Counted from the stretch's first letter, positions 37,156-48,379 are shown. The stretch: DNA of 64,000 nucleotides from a virus (IMGVR_UViG_2747842453_000002:32001-96000), one strand, 5' to 3'. Numbers and translations: made by a program. The notes: generated from the sequence alone by a model not told the origin.

Positions 37156-38412
37156 TTATACCTCATGCCAATATTTCCTGAATTCTGGATAAACATCTAA
37201 TATATTAGTTTCGTGGTGTTGATCTTGTGCATTAGCATATTCAATAAAGTCATCCCAATAATGATACCAATCCTCACCATTCATATAATTAATTACGTTA
37301 TCTCCAAATTTCTTCCATCTCTCAAATGATCTGTTTACAAATTTTTGTGAGTGATTATAAGATTGCATCCATTCTCTATCTCCATTAATCAATTCATCCC
37401 AATCATTTGTTACTTTCTCTTTTAATGCCGGTGGTAACAATTTAGGATTTAATGGACGAGGAAACTGAACAATACTTGTGTGATAATCAACTCCCATTGA
37501 ATAGTAATACTTGGCGATTTCAGTTGCTCTCGTAATATTTAATAAATTGGCTGTCATTGTTGCACTTAGTTGAATGTTGCTTAACTGTAGTGCTTTTTTT
37601 ATATTATCTTCTGCTATTGATAAATTGCCTCGAACTCTAACGTATTCATATATTTCAGGATAGGCATCCAAACTAACTCGTATACTAACACGCTTAAAAT
37701 GCTTCCACAAATCTAGTATACTTTTTCCCTTATATTCTAGTGTACTAAAATTACTATTATATTGTAATGTAATATGGTTTGCTTCAGGTAAAATACGCTC
37801 TAAAAAATCATAATGCTTATCATGGAACAAAGGTTCCCCGCCTGTAATCATCAATTCAGTAAGGTTCGGACTAAGTGAAACCACTTCATCAATTATCTCT
37901 TGTGTTAGACTAACATGCTTTTCAAGTTCCCTGTATGTTCCAACTTTTTTCATTTGTCCCATTAATATCGGATCTCGTTTCGCCTTCTGTTCCCATATGC
38001 TACTATATGTAGGAGAACAATGTCTACACATCAAATTACAGATATTATCAAAACGTATTTCAATACTTTGTAAATTTTTAATTGGGTAACTACCATCTTC
38101 TTCGATATTGTTAATAATATTATTACTATCAACATCAGGATACATTTCAGCCGCATTTTGACGTAAACTTTTCGCACCGCTACGTTCTAAATCCCAACAA
38201 CTTATACAACCTTTATGTTGAACTCCATTTACCAATTCGGTTCGCACTTTACGTAACTGTTCGCCATTCCAAGTATCTGTAAGTGTATCTGTTAGAAAAT
38301 CTCCAACCTTATCTGGATATCTCCAACACGCACTCAACTTACCTTCATTTTTAATGTTAATATGATGGAAAGGCATTATGCAAAATGTATCACTCTTATT
38401 CTTATCTTCCAT
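37156..38412 (-). CDS. Radical SAM protein with N-terminal Twitch/SPASM-like domain
   Basis: FCIMPF..CISC; CNLMCRHC; GGEP. Confidence 0.9.
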   Translation of the reverse strand: MEDKNKSDTFCIMPFHHINIKNEGKLSACWRYPDKVGDFLTDTLTDTWNGEQLRKVRTELVNGVQHKGCISCWDLERSGAKSLRQNAAEMYPDVDSNNIINNIEEDGSYPIKNLQSIEIRFDNICNLMCRHCSPTYSSIWEQKAKRDPILMGQMKKVGTYRELEKHVSLTQEIIDEVVSLSPNLTELMITGGEPLFHDKHYDFLERILPEANHITLQYNSNFSTLEYKGKSILDLWKHFKRVSIRVSLDAYPEIYEYVRVRGNLSIAEDNIKKALQLSNIQLSATMTANLLNITRATEIAKYYYSMGVDYHTSIVQFPRPLNPKLLPPALKEKVTNDWDELINGDREWMQSYNHSQKFVNRSFERWKKFGDNVINYMNGEDWYHYWDDFIEYANAQDQHHETNILDVYPEFRKYWHEV

Positions 38413-39822
38413 TTATATATCCTTAAATATGTCTTTCATCTCTGTAAAGGTAGAACTAAAACTATTGTTACGCTGCCTATCACATAGACTTAAATATTCT
38501 TTTAACTCTGGAAGTCTAATGCTCCAGTCTTCACTTTCCATAAATTGTACCATACCTTGAAGACGCTTTATTCCGTATTCTGCGTCGATAAAATTTTCTT
38601 GTGTTACATTGTCCTTATGCCAACTTGGGATACCTAGTTCCCAATTCGCTTCCCACCATGGATAAAACTCTTCATACTTTTTACGTACTTCTGCTTTAAA
38701 CCAGTCTGGTAATACTTTAACATTAAGATGTGCTGGGTGATAAACAAAGTGATAATTAATTCCGCCAGCGCCGAATGGCCACATATTAATTTTACTAAAA
38801 CCTTGTTCCAGTTTCCATTTAATGAAATCTGGAATATAATATATGTTCAAAGCCTGCACTGCACATGCAACAGTTACTTCTACATTGTCACTCGTTTGCT
38901 TGTCTAATATATGAAATACTTCTTTCTGTCTGCTCCATTCACTAGGATAGCGAATGTAATCATTCATATCTTCAATACTATCAACACTATAATGAAAGCG
39001 TACTAATTTAAATTCTTTCCATAGATCAAATAAATCATCTCTCCACTCTACACCATTTGAGTTATAGCGTAGTTCAAGGTCCTTTGCGTAACCCATTTTG
39101 ATAGCGTGTTCAAGTATTTCGTAGTGTTCTTCAATAATAAGACTTTCGCCACCTGCAAAATATATCTGTTGCATACTAGGCATCTGATCGTAAAACTGTT
39201 CCCAAAATTTTGGATTCTGCTTATGCCAATTATAACTACTTCTATTAGTACTACCTTTGTCAGCCCATTGCATTGTCTCCTTTAGAGATTCGTTTTTTAC
39301 CTCTGGAAAAATCTTTTTATAATCTTTAATCCAGCCACTACTATCGTGTGGACTACACATTACACATGCTAATTGACACTTAGTACCAAATCTTAAATCA
39401 ATATATGCTAACTGTGGAGGAACGCCGCCGTCAGCAGATGTGTTTTCAATAAGTTCATCAACATTGACACGTTGGCTCCAATAATTTGTTTCCCACATAC
39501 GTTTACTATTATGTCCGGATGCCTCTTCCTTGTAACACTTCATGCAACTAGGTGGCTTTTCACCATTAAGCATTTGTAGCCGTACATTCTTCATGTAATT
39601 AGAATTCCACGCAGTTTCAAAGTCACTAACATTTAGATTGTTTGGTTTACCATCATCTGTTTTAAGAATTCCTACTTGTCCGCCATGAACTTTGTCATTA
39701 GTTGGTCCAACTGAACTCGCATTTGCAGTACAACATACTCGCATACTGCCATCGGGACGGGTGCTAAGATGTACCCATGGCAACAGACAAAAAGTCTCGC
39801 TTGGATATTTTTTTTCAGACAT
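38413..39822 (-). CDS. Radical SAM protein with N-terminal Twitch/SPASM-like domain
   Basis: FCLLPW..VCC..CMKC; CQLACVMC; GGES. Confidence 0.9.
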   Translation of the reverse strand: MSEKKYPSETFCLLPWVHLSTRPDGSMRVCCTANASSVGPTNDKVHGGQVGILKTDDGKPNNLNVSDFETAWNSNYMKNVRLQMLNGEKPPSCMKCYKEEASGHNSKRMWETNYWSQRVNVDELIENTSADGGVPPQLAYIDLRFGTKCQLACVMCSPHDSSGWIKDYKKIFPEVKNESLKETMQWADKGSTNRSSYNWHKQNPKFWEQFYDQMPSMQQIYFAGGESLIIEEHYEILEHAIKMGYAKDLELRYNSNGVEWRDDLFDLWKEFKLVRFHYSVDSIEDMNDYIRYPSEWSRQKEVFHILDKQTSDNVEVTVACAVQALNIYYIPDFIKWKLEQGFSKINMWPFGAGGINYHFVYHPAHLNVKVLPDWFKAEVRKKYEEFYPWWEANWELGIPSWHKDNVTQENFIDAEYGIKRLQGMVQFMESEDWSIRLPELKEYLSLCDRQRNNSFSSTFTEMKDIFKDI

Positions 39823-39848
39823 TTGGTGTTTACTCCGTTATTATACGT

Positions 39849-39877
39849 ATTATACTAATATTTTAAGTGATTGTCAA
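39849..39877 (-). promoter_or_regulatory. Perfect consensus sigma-70 promoter
   Basis: Minus strand TTGACA-17-TATAAT upstream of 39822. Confidence 0.8.
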
Positions 39878-39961
39878 CATATTAATTATTAATTATTTCT
39901 CTATGTGCCCACGCACGTTCCTGCCACTGCCAACAAGTATACTATTTTTATATCTTCGTAG

Positions 39962-40642
39962 TTATACATGCCAGTTTACATACTCGTCCTGTGGCGGTTT
40001 TGGTTCGACTGCCCACTTATTACCCTGTTCCTTAGATTCTGCTGGTACCATTTGTTGTGTGTGAAGATTATAGGTTTCGTCAACGTTTGTGCTGGCGACA
40101 CCTACACCAACCACTAACTGTACTTCATCGGGATAGTCTAAACCAAGTGCAGGTAAAATAGTAGTATCCCATCCACTGTATTCAAAATCCAAACAACGAC
40201 AAAATCCACACTGTAACCCTCTGGCTGCGGCACTGTAAATTAGCATATGACTTGCTAATCCTATTTCCATTGCACTCAAACTCAGATATAGTAAATCTTG
40301 ATTTCTTTCACTATAGTCATATGTCAGAGGTGAAGGAATTCTTCCAGTGAATACAACGAGCCAATTAGCCAGTGTTTGTGAGTTATAATGTTTTGTTTCA
40401 GGATTATGTCTATCCACTGCCATTTCATAAAATTCATTGCGCAACGCAGTATCGCTCCAATCAAGTATATGCATTCCAAAGTGTACTTGGTTCTGTTTAC
40501 ACGGCGTCCTGCGATGAATTTCGTCCACTATTTCTTGCATTGTTTCCTGTGTAACTGACGCATCTAAATTCCAATTACTTGTTTGCATTCTTAGATCAGT
40601 TAACTCTTGCCATGCTTGTAATTTTGTATTTGTTTCACTCAT
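39962..40642 (-). CDS. Nitroreductase-fold protein
   Basis: PCKQN, YNSQTLA and EIGLAS..AAARGLQCGFCRC pattern. Confidence 0.55.
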   Translation of the reverse strand: MSETNTKLQAWQELTDLRMQTSNWNLDASVTQETMQEIVDEIHRRTPCKQNQVHFGMHILDWSDTALRNEFYEMAVDRHNPETKHYNSQTLANWLVVFTGRIPSPLTYDYSERNQDLLYLSLSAMEIGLASHMLIYSAAARGLQCGFCRCLDFEYSGWDTTILPALGLDYPDEVQLVVGVGVASTNVDETYNLHTQQMVPAESKEQGNKWAVEPKPPQDEYVNWHV

Positions 40643-41729
40643 TTTTACTCTCCATAATATGTTCATCTATCTTAAATTTTGCAATTGGTTTTGTTTCTTG
40701 AACTTTCTTACTACACGTACTTGCACATTTAACCATCTTACTTCCGCAACTTGTACCATATTCTGAATCGAAACTTCCTACTAAATCTTTTTTATAAAAT
40801 GGATGATTTAATATTTCATCAACACTATGTAAATCTAATCGATTCCAATCAGGTGAACTATATTCACTATACATGGTTTTACTTACCTGATGCCAATGTG
40901 TGTTGTGACCACCGAATTCAGTATTTCTAATAAAACAGCAAGGCCACAGGCGTGCATTGAAATCAATAAAATACATTTTTTGTCTTTGAAAGAAACAGTC
41001 AATTGGATCGTTTTCAACACTTTTCTTTGATATAAAAAACTTATCAAGATCATCTGGGCTTGAATTATTATATTGTTTATCTTCAGCCTGAATTCGCCGT
41101 ATGTCTTCTATTTCCCAATTATTCTCGGATATCATACTACGGTCTAACCTATGTATGAAATGCTTAAATCCCATCTGCTTACTTTTCTCACTTGCTTCTT
41201 CAACTTGATGTTTATTCCATGGGAATACCAAATACTGCCAGCCAGCATCTCCACCTGCCTGAATGAAAGATTCTGCATTTTGCATAATTCGATCAAAATT
41301 AGTTCTCTGTCTATATATATGATTGGTATCTTGTAAACCATCTATACTAAATTTCAATTGGTGCCTGTCAAACTGTTGTAGTATCTCAGCAGTTTCAGCC
41401 CAATAACTGGGATTTCTAGTACTACCATTAGTATGTATCCAAACTTTTTTTATTCCACATTTTAATGCTAACCTAAGAATATCATTAAATTGGGGATGCA
41501 TGAAAGGATCATCAACTGTTCCGCAAAAGTCCAAATCTGTAACTGTCTCAAACTCATTTAAGAATTTTTCAATCACATCTAGTTGTAGAATCTTTTTATC
41601 TGGAATAGTTGGCATCTTACCATTAAAATTTAGATGATTAGTACGTGCACAGCCGAAGCACAGTGCATTGCACATACTACTAATCTCTAGTTGTAATCGT
41701 GTAGGCTCCGGTAGATACATCTGCGTCAA
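40635..41729 (-). CDS. Radical SAM protein with C-terminal Twitch-like domain
   Basis: CNALCFGC, HTNGS, FSIDG and LWPCC (start may be 41720). Confidence 0.88.
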   Translation of the reverse strand: MTQMYLPEPTRLQLEISSMCNALCFGCARTNHLNFNGKMPTIPDKKILQLDVIEKFLNEFETVTDLDFCGTVDDPFMHPQFNDILRLALKCGIKKVWIHTNGSTRNPSYWAETAEILQQFDRHQLKFSIDGLQDTNHIYRQRTNFDRIMQNAESFIQAGGDAGWQYLVFPWNKHQVEEASEKSKQMGFKHFIHRLDRSMISENNWEIEDIRRIQAEDKQYNNSSPDDLDKFFISKKSVENDPIDCFFQRQKMYFIDFNARLWPCCFIRNTEFGGHNTHWHQVSKTMYSEYSSPDWNRLDLHSVDEILNHPFYKKDLVGSFDSEYGTSCGSKMVKCASTCSKKVQETKPIAKFKIDEHIMESKNE

Positions 41730-42711
41730 TGTACTTATCTCCTTTTTTTATATTTTTAATCTTAGTTGTTTGTAAATCAGTCAAACATCCACATAAGTCC
41801 CACTTACATTTTACTGGCAGTAATGGAATACTGTATTCTTTATCACTTATATTACCATATTTTAAGTTCTTAAAACACTGGCTGCCAGGTTTGATCCACC
41901 CATTATGTTGAACTACTAGTGTTTCAATCCCCATATTACAATACCAATCTTTCCAATCATTTAGTTGTGGTAATAGTATTTCATTTTCTATACTTTTAAC
42001 TATTACTGGTTCTTCTCCGTCTTTTCTCCACTGCATTTTGCTTTGATTTTTTAGATTTGGGGATCCGTTTAATCTCTGCAGAGAATTCATTGTTGCTAAT
42101 TGTATATCTGTATAAGGTTGTAATTCATGCTTCCGTATTGATATTCTGACAGGCTTATATTGTAAACTAACACCAGGTATTAAATTATCATACAAATATT
42201 TATATGTGTCAACACACCCATCAAATTGCGCAATATCCATCATAACATGCAACGATATATTTATACCTGATTTTTGGACTTGATTAAATTTTTCAACAAT
42301 CTTTTCTTTTTTGGTTTGTCCCTCATGTATACTTACAATAAGTAAATCGAATAGATGCGCTTTATCTGTCCACCATTTTGTACTACGTGTGCCGTTAGTT
42401 AATAATCGGATTATATTATTTTCATTTATATTTTTAATATATTCACAAACTTTCGTCACCTCAGGCCATAGTGCAGGTTCACCGCCATGAAAATTAAAAA
42501 ACATTATTTTGTTTTGAGGGACACATATGTTTTCCCATACAAAATCAATGAACCTAATGCAATTATCAAAATCATGCCAGGGAACTCCGCCGTCCCAACA
42601 TGCTGGATCACAGTAAGAGCATTGGAAATTACAAGTGTTTCCTGCTGCCCAATCAATAATTATTGCATTTTCTTTTACAGGTTCAAAATAATCATATTCA
42701 TATTTTGTCAT
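41680..42711 (-). CDS. Radical SAM protein
   Basis: CNFQCSYC, GGEP, TNG; Cys-rich C-terminus. Confidence 0.88.
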   Translation of the reverse strand: MTKYEYDYFEPVKENAIIIDWAAGNTCNFQCSYCDPACWDGGVPWHDFDNCIRFIDFVWENICVPQNKIMFFNFHGGEPALWPEVTKVCEYIKNINENNIIRLLTNGTRSTKWWTDKAHLFDLLIVSIHEGQTKKEKIVEKFNQVQKSGINISLHVMMDIAQFDGCVDTYKYLYDNLIPGVSLQYKPVRISIRKHELQPYTDIQLATMNSLQRLNGSPNLKNQSKMQWRKDGEEPVIVKSIENEILLPQLNDWKDWYCNMGIETLVVQHNGWIKPGSQCFKNLKYGNISDKEYSIPLLPVKCKWDLCGCLTDLQTTKIKNIKKGDKYIDADVSTGAYTITTRD

Positions 42712-43802
42712 CGAAATTGCTCCTTGAACGGATCAAACTCAGTTCCGCATTTCATTGCGCATACTCCCAGTTTACCATCACTTATGCTAGTTTTATCCCA
42801 ACTATCGGTAATACTAGTTAAGAGATTACCAGACATTGCATCTTCTATGCTAATTTCAATAACATTAATTCCGTCTTTTCCGCCAGCAGCATCTATATGA
42901 TCCCATATCTGTTCTACACGATAATCTTTATGCCACCACTTATACATACGACCCGCAGTCCAACAGCATGGCATCAATAGGCCTTCTGCTGTTATAAAGA
43001 TTTCATTCTTTTCAACTGCCTTACACGATATATTACATTTGTCATAATATTCACGCATACTACCATATGATTTTTCTATTTCTTTTTGCTTTAATAGAGC
43101 AATATTTTGGTTGTCAGTACTTTTAGGTTTAGCGATTACCGCAGTCTTTTCTCCATTGCGGTTTTGTGCCTGGTGTGTATCTTTAGACGTTTCTCCACTT
43201 GCAACTATAAATCTCCCAGATTTTTTCTTTTGAAACTTTTCACATCCCCATTCAATTGCAAGTGTTTCTGCTTCTGCAACCTGATGTTCATTGTGTTGGA
43301 ATATCAGGAAGTCCCATCTTGCTCTACCACCAGCAGAGATGAATGCTTTCATATTACGTTCTACATTATCCCAAACAACATTTTGTCTGTAAAGATGATT
43401 TGTATCACGAAGACCATCAACACTAAAGATTACTGCACCTTTATTATTGATAACTCCAGCCAATTCTTCCCACCATTCTGTATTCTTTGCACCAGCATTT
43501 GTGTTCATACTTAGCCACATTGTTGGATTATGTTCTCTAAAGTATTTAAATACTTCTAATGTATCTTTAGCAACAATAGGATCACCAAGATTACCACACA
43601 TATACATCGCATCTAATTGTCCAATAAACTCTGGAGAGAATATCTTTTTACAATCGTCTATTGATAGTTCTGCATTTGTAATATGTCTATTATCAACACC
43701 GCCATTTTCATTTCGGTCACACATAGGACACGCTGCTTGACAACGTTGCGTTATTTCTAAATGAACTTGTTTTATGTTATCGTATCTATACAAGTCTACC
43801 AA
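42708..43802 (-). CDS. Radical SAM protein with C-terminal Twitch-like domain
   Basis: CQAACPMC, CGNLGDP, FSVDG and LMPCC. Confidence 0.9.
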   Translation of the reverse strand: MVDLYRYDNIKQVHLEITQRCQAACPMCDRNENGGVDNRHITNAELSIDDCKKIFSPEFIGQLDAMYMCGNLGDPIVAKDTLEVFKYFREHNPTMWLSMNTNAGAKNTEWWEELAGVINNKGAVIFSVDGLRDTNHLYRQNVVWDNVERNMKAFISAGGRARWDFLIFQHNEHQVAEAETLAIEWGCEKFQKKKSGRFIVASGETSKDTHQAQNRNGEKTAVIAKPKSTDNQNIALLKQKEIEKSYGSMREYYDKCNISCKAVEKNEIFITAEGLLMPCCWTAGRMYKWWHKDYRVEQIWDHIDAAGGKDGINVIEISIEDAMSGNLLTSITDSWDKTSISDGKLGVCAMKCGTEFDPFKEQFR

Positions 43803-43840
43803 ATCCCCTTATAGTCATCTTGACTGTTTTTAAATAACAT

Positions 43841-44752
43841 CTACTTATATCCAATTAGCATAAATCTCGTATACTTATCAAGTTCTAATTCGCCACTATA
43901 TAATATATTTTGCATAGGCGCCGTTACTGCAAACTCTTCTATACTTCCAACACAATTAACGTGTTCTTCAATTTCATAATAATCATTACTTTGTAAAATT
44001 ACTATCTTTCCCTGAGGGATCTTAGTATACCATTCAGAAAAGTTTTGTATATGTTCACAACTTGTATTTATGATTGTATCTGGTATATCATCTTGTTCGC
44101 AGGCAGTGCCGTCTGATCTATGTGTTGTATAAGTTTCACTAGCAAAATTTATATCAAAAATATCTTTAGTTGATGCTTTAAATTGCCATTCATTTACTAC
44201 CCAGGGTTTATTAAAAACTTCAGCAATTTTAGCGCATGATGGATCAATATCGAAAGACCTAACTTTATCCACTTTAATGTTACTCTCAAATAACATTGTA
44301 GCAAGTGTAGCATACCACCCGGCACATAGAAATACTGTACCTAAATCTAAGTTTAATTTCTTTAATTCTTTTACAATCCAAAGTTTGCTTTTCAATTGTC
44401 CTCTACTAAAACAATCATTCCATATTTTTGTATCATTTACGAAAAAATTTTTAAACGCTGCTGTAAACTGTGTGTCTACATAGCGTTCTAGTATAGGCCA
44501 TAACTTCCAAGTATTATCCTCTAAGACTAGTCTGCGCAAATCCTCATCATTGACTAAACGAAATAGACTATGCAAATTTTGTTCTAATACTGCTTTACGT
44601 AATTCTTCAATATCTCCCAAGACATTATTAGGCATCAGTCTAAAAATACTGCTGATATCTTGATCAATGTACGCTCTACGCAAGTCTGCTAACTTGGTGT
44701 TTGTAGGATACAATAATTCAAATCTGTCTAATAATTCAAATGTAGGAAGCAT
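43841..44752 (-). CDS. SAM-dependent methyltransferase-like protein
   Basis: LCAGWY, SFDID and INTSCEH Rossmann-like motifs. Confidence 0.55.
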   Translation of the reverse strand: MLPTFELLDRFELLYPTNTKLADLRRAYIDQDISSIFRLMPNNVLGDIEELRKAVLEQNLHSLFRLVNDEDLRRLVLEDNTWKLWPILERYVDTQFTAAFKNFFVNDTKIWNDCFSRGQLKSKLWIVKELKKLNLDLGTVFLCAGWYATLATMLFESNIKVDKVRSFDIDPSCAKIAEVFNKPWVVNEWQFKASTKDIFDINFASETYTTHRSDGTACEQDDIPDTIINTSCEHIQNFSEWYTKIPQGKIVILQSNDYYEIEEHVNCVGSIEEFAVTAPMQNILYSGELELDKYTRFMLIGYK

Positions 44753-45718
44753 TTACTTAATACCAATTTTCATAAAATAATTTACATTATTAATTCGTAA
44801 TACACCACTGTATATCTCTTCAGTTAATATAAATTTACGATTGAACGCTACAGAACTTTTAAATGGTCTAGGAACATCTCCATCTCTTCCTACCAGTACC
44901 ACATGCCGGGTCGTAGGAACCATTTTCCACCATGATTCATAATCGTCCAAGTAACTTATATTATGATTAATTATTAATCCTGGAACTTCATTAAATGGAT
45001 CACTAGTAGTACCATCAGGTAATATTGCTGAAAACGCATTAGTTTCATAGTTTAAATTATAAATATCCTGGGTGGTTGCCTTAAATTTCCAATTATTTAA
45101 TAATTCGTCTTGCATCATATAGTCTGCGATAAACTGACCTGTACCATTTATATCAAATGATCTAATATTTTCAAATTTCAATTTAGTGTCTAATATTGAT
45201 GCTGCTAGTAATCCAATTTCACCTCCTAAAATATATATAGTACCGAGATATTTATTATTATAAGAATTAACCATTGATGAAGTTATCCAGGAAATAATTT
45301 TTCCATTTTCGGCAGTTGAGAATTCACCGATATCAAAGTTTGGAAAATTATATAGAACGTCTTTCAATCGATCTAAGATTTTAGAATCACCATTACCAGT
45401 ATCTATGTTTGAATAATAAGACATAAAATTCATAGCAGATACATAATTTCCTAACTGCTGTGGAATGTTTTCATTGCCAAATGTATTATGCATAAGAGTA
45501 TAATTATATGTTTCTAATTTAGGAAGTTCAAAATCATGTGCAATTTCTTCTACTACTGAAAAAAATGATGAATCATCGACTTCTTCATTTTCATCTTCAA
45601 TTAATAAAGATGAATTGGATCCTGTTGCAATTTGATTATACAAGTCTTCATTACTTTCAATAGTTTTTTCTTTTCGCCTAGAACGTTTTGTTACTGAAAT
45701 ATCACTCATAGTATTCAT
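44753..45718 (-). CDS. Divergent paralog of the adjacent methyltransferase-like protein
   Basis: LGTIYILGG, RSFDIN and WKFKATTQDI match the neighbouring gene. Confidence 0.55.
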   Translation of the reverse strand: MNTMSDISVTKRSRRKEKTIESNEDLYNQIATGSNSSLLIEDENEEVDDSSFFSVVEEIAHDFELPKLETYNYTLMHNTFGNENIPQQLGNYVSAMNFMSYYSNIDTGNGDSKILDRLKDVLYNFPNFDIGEFSTAENGKIISWITSSMVNSYNNKYLGTIYILGGEIGLLAASILDTKLKFENIRSFDINGTGQFIADYMMQDELLNNWKFKATTQDIYNLNYETNAFSAILPDGTTSDPFNEVPGLIINHNISYLDDYESWWKMVPTTRHVVLVGRDGDVPRPFKSSVAFNRKFILTEEIYSGVLRINNVNYFMKIGIK

Positions 45719-46811
45719 TAAACCTTTCTTTTAACCATGTAAAATCATTTATCATATTTAAATTTTCTTGATTATCTTTATTATTTAATCCGTATTCTCT
45801 GCCCGCTATTGCACCGTCATGTGCATATTCACCATATAGTTTAGAGTTGCTAATGGTTGAATCACACCAAACATTCAGACGTTTCTCTGTATCACTGTCT
45901 ATCTGTTCTTTAATAATCTTACTACTCAATTTTGTACATTCTCTGAACGCACTCTTCCATGTATTAAAAGCATCAGTATTAAACATTGTAATATTTGAAA
46001 CTTCTGGCATCAATTTGAAACTATCTGAAATGCTAGTTGTGAAATCTATATTCCATTTTGTGGCATTTCTCAATAAATCTGTAGGAAGTAATTTTACACC
46101 TCCATAACCATATTCCAAGTCATTAATAGGATTACGTGAATGCCAAACATGTACAGTTTCTTCATCCCATCTTGGTGCAAAATAATCAAATTTAAACTCT
46201 GGAGTTATTATAGCATCAGCATCTACCACATAAAACATACTTGTTTCCGCTAATTCAGCCGCCTTTTTATGTGCTTCAAATATTCCTTTAACACCATCAA
46301 TTCGCTTGGCATGTGGAAATCTCTTCAGAAGGTTATTATAATTATCATCTGCAAAAATTTCTTTATAACTAATATAAACAATATCATATAACAAATCTTC
46401 CATGTCATATGTAAATATATATTCATTATGTTCTTTATATTTGCCTTTTAGTCTATATAAGGCAGACTCGATGTCAGAAGTATTGTGTGTCCTATGTAGT
46501 AATTTAATACCATCTAACGTATCATTTCTCCACAATCTCATATCATTATTCCATAAATGAGGTATCTGATTATCCCACTTATCAGGTTTAAAATTCCAGT
46601 CAAAGGCAGGATCTATTACAATATCAGGATCAATGATCCAATAATATTCTGTATTCGCCAACATAGAAATCTTAGAATATACATACTCTAAATCATATGG
46701 CTCGCTCAATCTTATCAATTTGACATGAGGCATTCGATTCCTCACCATTTTAAATCTGTCAATATCATTAATTGACAGCTCCTGAGTCATGAAAAAACAA
46801 TCGTATGGCAT
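45702..46811 (-). CDS. Glycosyltransferase-like protein with two GT-A-like repeats
   Basis: YWIIDPD and FYVVDAD DxD motifs; YGYGGVKL; WKSAFREC. Confidence 0.65.
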   Translation of the reverse strand: MPYDCFFMTQELSINDIDRFKMVRNRMPHVKLIRLSEPYDLEYVYSKISMLANTEYYWIIDPDIVIDPAFDWNFKPDKWDNQIPHLWNNDMRLWRNDTLDGIKLLHRTHNTSDIESALYRLKGKYKEHNEYIFTYDMEDLLYDIVYISYKEIFADDNYNNLLKRFPHAKRIDGVKGIFEAHKKAAELAETSMFYVVDADAIITPEFKFDYFAPRWDEETVHVWHSRNPINDLEYGYGGVKLLPTDLLRNATKWNIDFTTSISDSFKLMPEVSNITMFNTDAFNTWKSAFRECTKLSSKIIKEQIDSDTEKRLNVWCDSTISNSKLYGEYAHDGAIAGREYGLNNKDNQENLNMINDFTWLKERFNEYYE

Positions 46812-46846
46812 CTATATCCTTATTCAGTTATATTAATATTATCATA

Positions 46847-48379
46847 TTAATCATCCGATGTCAAGACTTTAATGTCGTGGCATCTCTCAAACTCATATAC
46901 ATCATTTAAATCATTGACAATTGGTTGACCTTTAATATTTAATGATGTATTCACAAGCATAGGACAACCAGTCTTTTCTTTAAACTTAGACAACAATGTA
47001 TATAACCCTGGATGCTGTTCATTGTTAACGGTCTGTACCCGTGAGGTCCCGTCTGCGTGTATGATTGCAGGGAAATCAAGCGGATACTTACACTTAGCAA
47101 CAAATTGCATATAAGGTGAACTATTAATGTTTTCTGGCATAATGAAGTAATCGTGTACATCTTCTTCTAGTATCATAGGTGCGAATGGTCTAAACTTTTG
47201 CCTACGTTTGATTTCATTCATTCTGTCCTTAATTGTATCTCCGCGTGGATCAGCAGTTAGAGTACGATTACCTAATGCACGTGGACCAAACTCTGCACGA
47301 CCATTTGCAATGCCAATAATGTCACCATTAAGTAATGCATCTAATGCTTTCTCTACTGGATAACTACCTTCTATATTATGTCCTAGATAAGGAGTTTCCC
47401 ATTTAATTCTTGCATCGAAGAATTTTTGTGAAGCGCCGATACAACTACCAGCATCACCTGGATTTGGCATTATCCAAATATTTTTAAATCGTTCGGTTAT
47501 TAAACTATTCGCACTACAATTAAGAGCACACCCACCCATCAATACTAAGTTAGTACTGAATGCCATCTTTTTAATATCATCTATAATTACAGATAACATT
47601 TGTGTGTATATTTCTTGTGTCGCTGCAGCAATATCATAATGATCTTGTTCAGTTATTAATTCAGGTAAAAAATCTTTACACCCACGATGCAGATTCTTTT
47701 TTAGGTTGACCACATGGTAAAATTTACTACTATGATCATTTAATACTATTCCAAATTCATCATACATATGTTGAATTATAGTTTTATTATTAACTTCTCT
47801 ATTAATATCGCCATACGCTGCCATACCCATAAGAATATATTCATCTTCCTGCGGTTTTAATCCTAGTCTATCAGTCATTGCACTATAGAATAATCCGACA
47901 CTGGCTGGATATGCTTGTGAATAATATTGCACAAGATTATCATTTTTGCCACGCCATATGCTTAATGTTTCCAATTCACCTATGCTATCTATCACGAGAA
48001 TAGCCGCATCATTGAATGGACTTGTAAAATATCCACTTGCAGCATGTGTATAATGGTGTGATTGATATACTATAGGAATATCTTTTAATTGTTCAAAGTT
48101 TTTTAAATAATTACCTGGCAATTCTTTTAAATCAAATGCAAGTGAATATTGTCCTGCAATCAACTGTCTCCATTTTTTAATAAGTGGCTTCTCATACCAC
48201 GCTATTACATCAGGCTTACCATATGATAAGGCTTCTTGAATTATTTCTGCATTCAAGTTAGGGTCATTTTTTATTTTAGAATAGCGTTCACTATGACTGG
48301 CAAAAAGAATTTTACCATCACAAATGACGCTGACCGCAGCATCATGGTTTAACGCACCTGATATTCCTAGTATAATCAT
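46847..48379 (-). CDS. Carbamoyltransferase (NodU/CmcH/TobZ family)
   Basis: HDAA, SHHYTHAA, GGCALN, PGDAG, EFGPRALGNR, FRPFAP and NTSLN. Confidence 0.93.
   Translation of the reverse strand: MIILGISGALNHDAAVSVICDGKILFASHSERYSKIKNDPNLNAEIIQEALSYGKPDVIAWYEKPLIKKWRQLIAGQYSLAFDLKELPGNYLKNFEQLKDIPIVYQSHHYTHAASGYFTSPFNDAAILVIDSIGELETLSIWRGKNDNLVQYYSQAYPASVGLFYSAMTDRLGLKPQEDEYILMGMAAYGDINREVNNKTIIQHMYDEFGIVLNDHSSKFYHVVNLKKNLHRGCKDFLPELITEQDHYDIAAATQEIYTQMLSVIIDDIKKMAFSTNLVLMGGCALNCSANSLITERFKNIWIMPNPGDAGSCIGASQKFFDARIKWETPYLGHNIEGSYPVEKALDALLNGDIIGIANGRAEFGPRALGNRTLTADPRGDTIKDRMNEIKRRQKFRPFAPMILEEDVHDYFIMPENINSSPYMQFVAKCKYPLDFPAIIHADGTSRVQTVNNEQHPGLYTLLSKFKEKTGCPMLVNTSLNIKGQPIVNDLNDVYEFERCHDIKVLTSDD

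Noticed and set aside
39893-39961. In-frame tail (..SILVGSGRNVRGHIEK) after the nitroreductase stop, possible readthrough or gene relic
   Set aside because: Too short, no start codon or RBS; cannot be supported from sequence alone.
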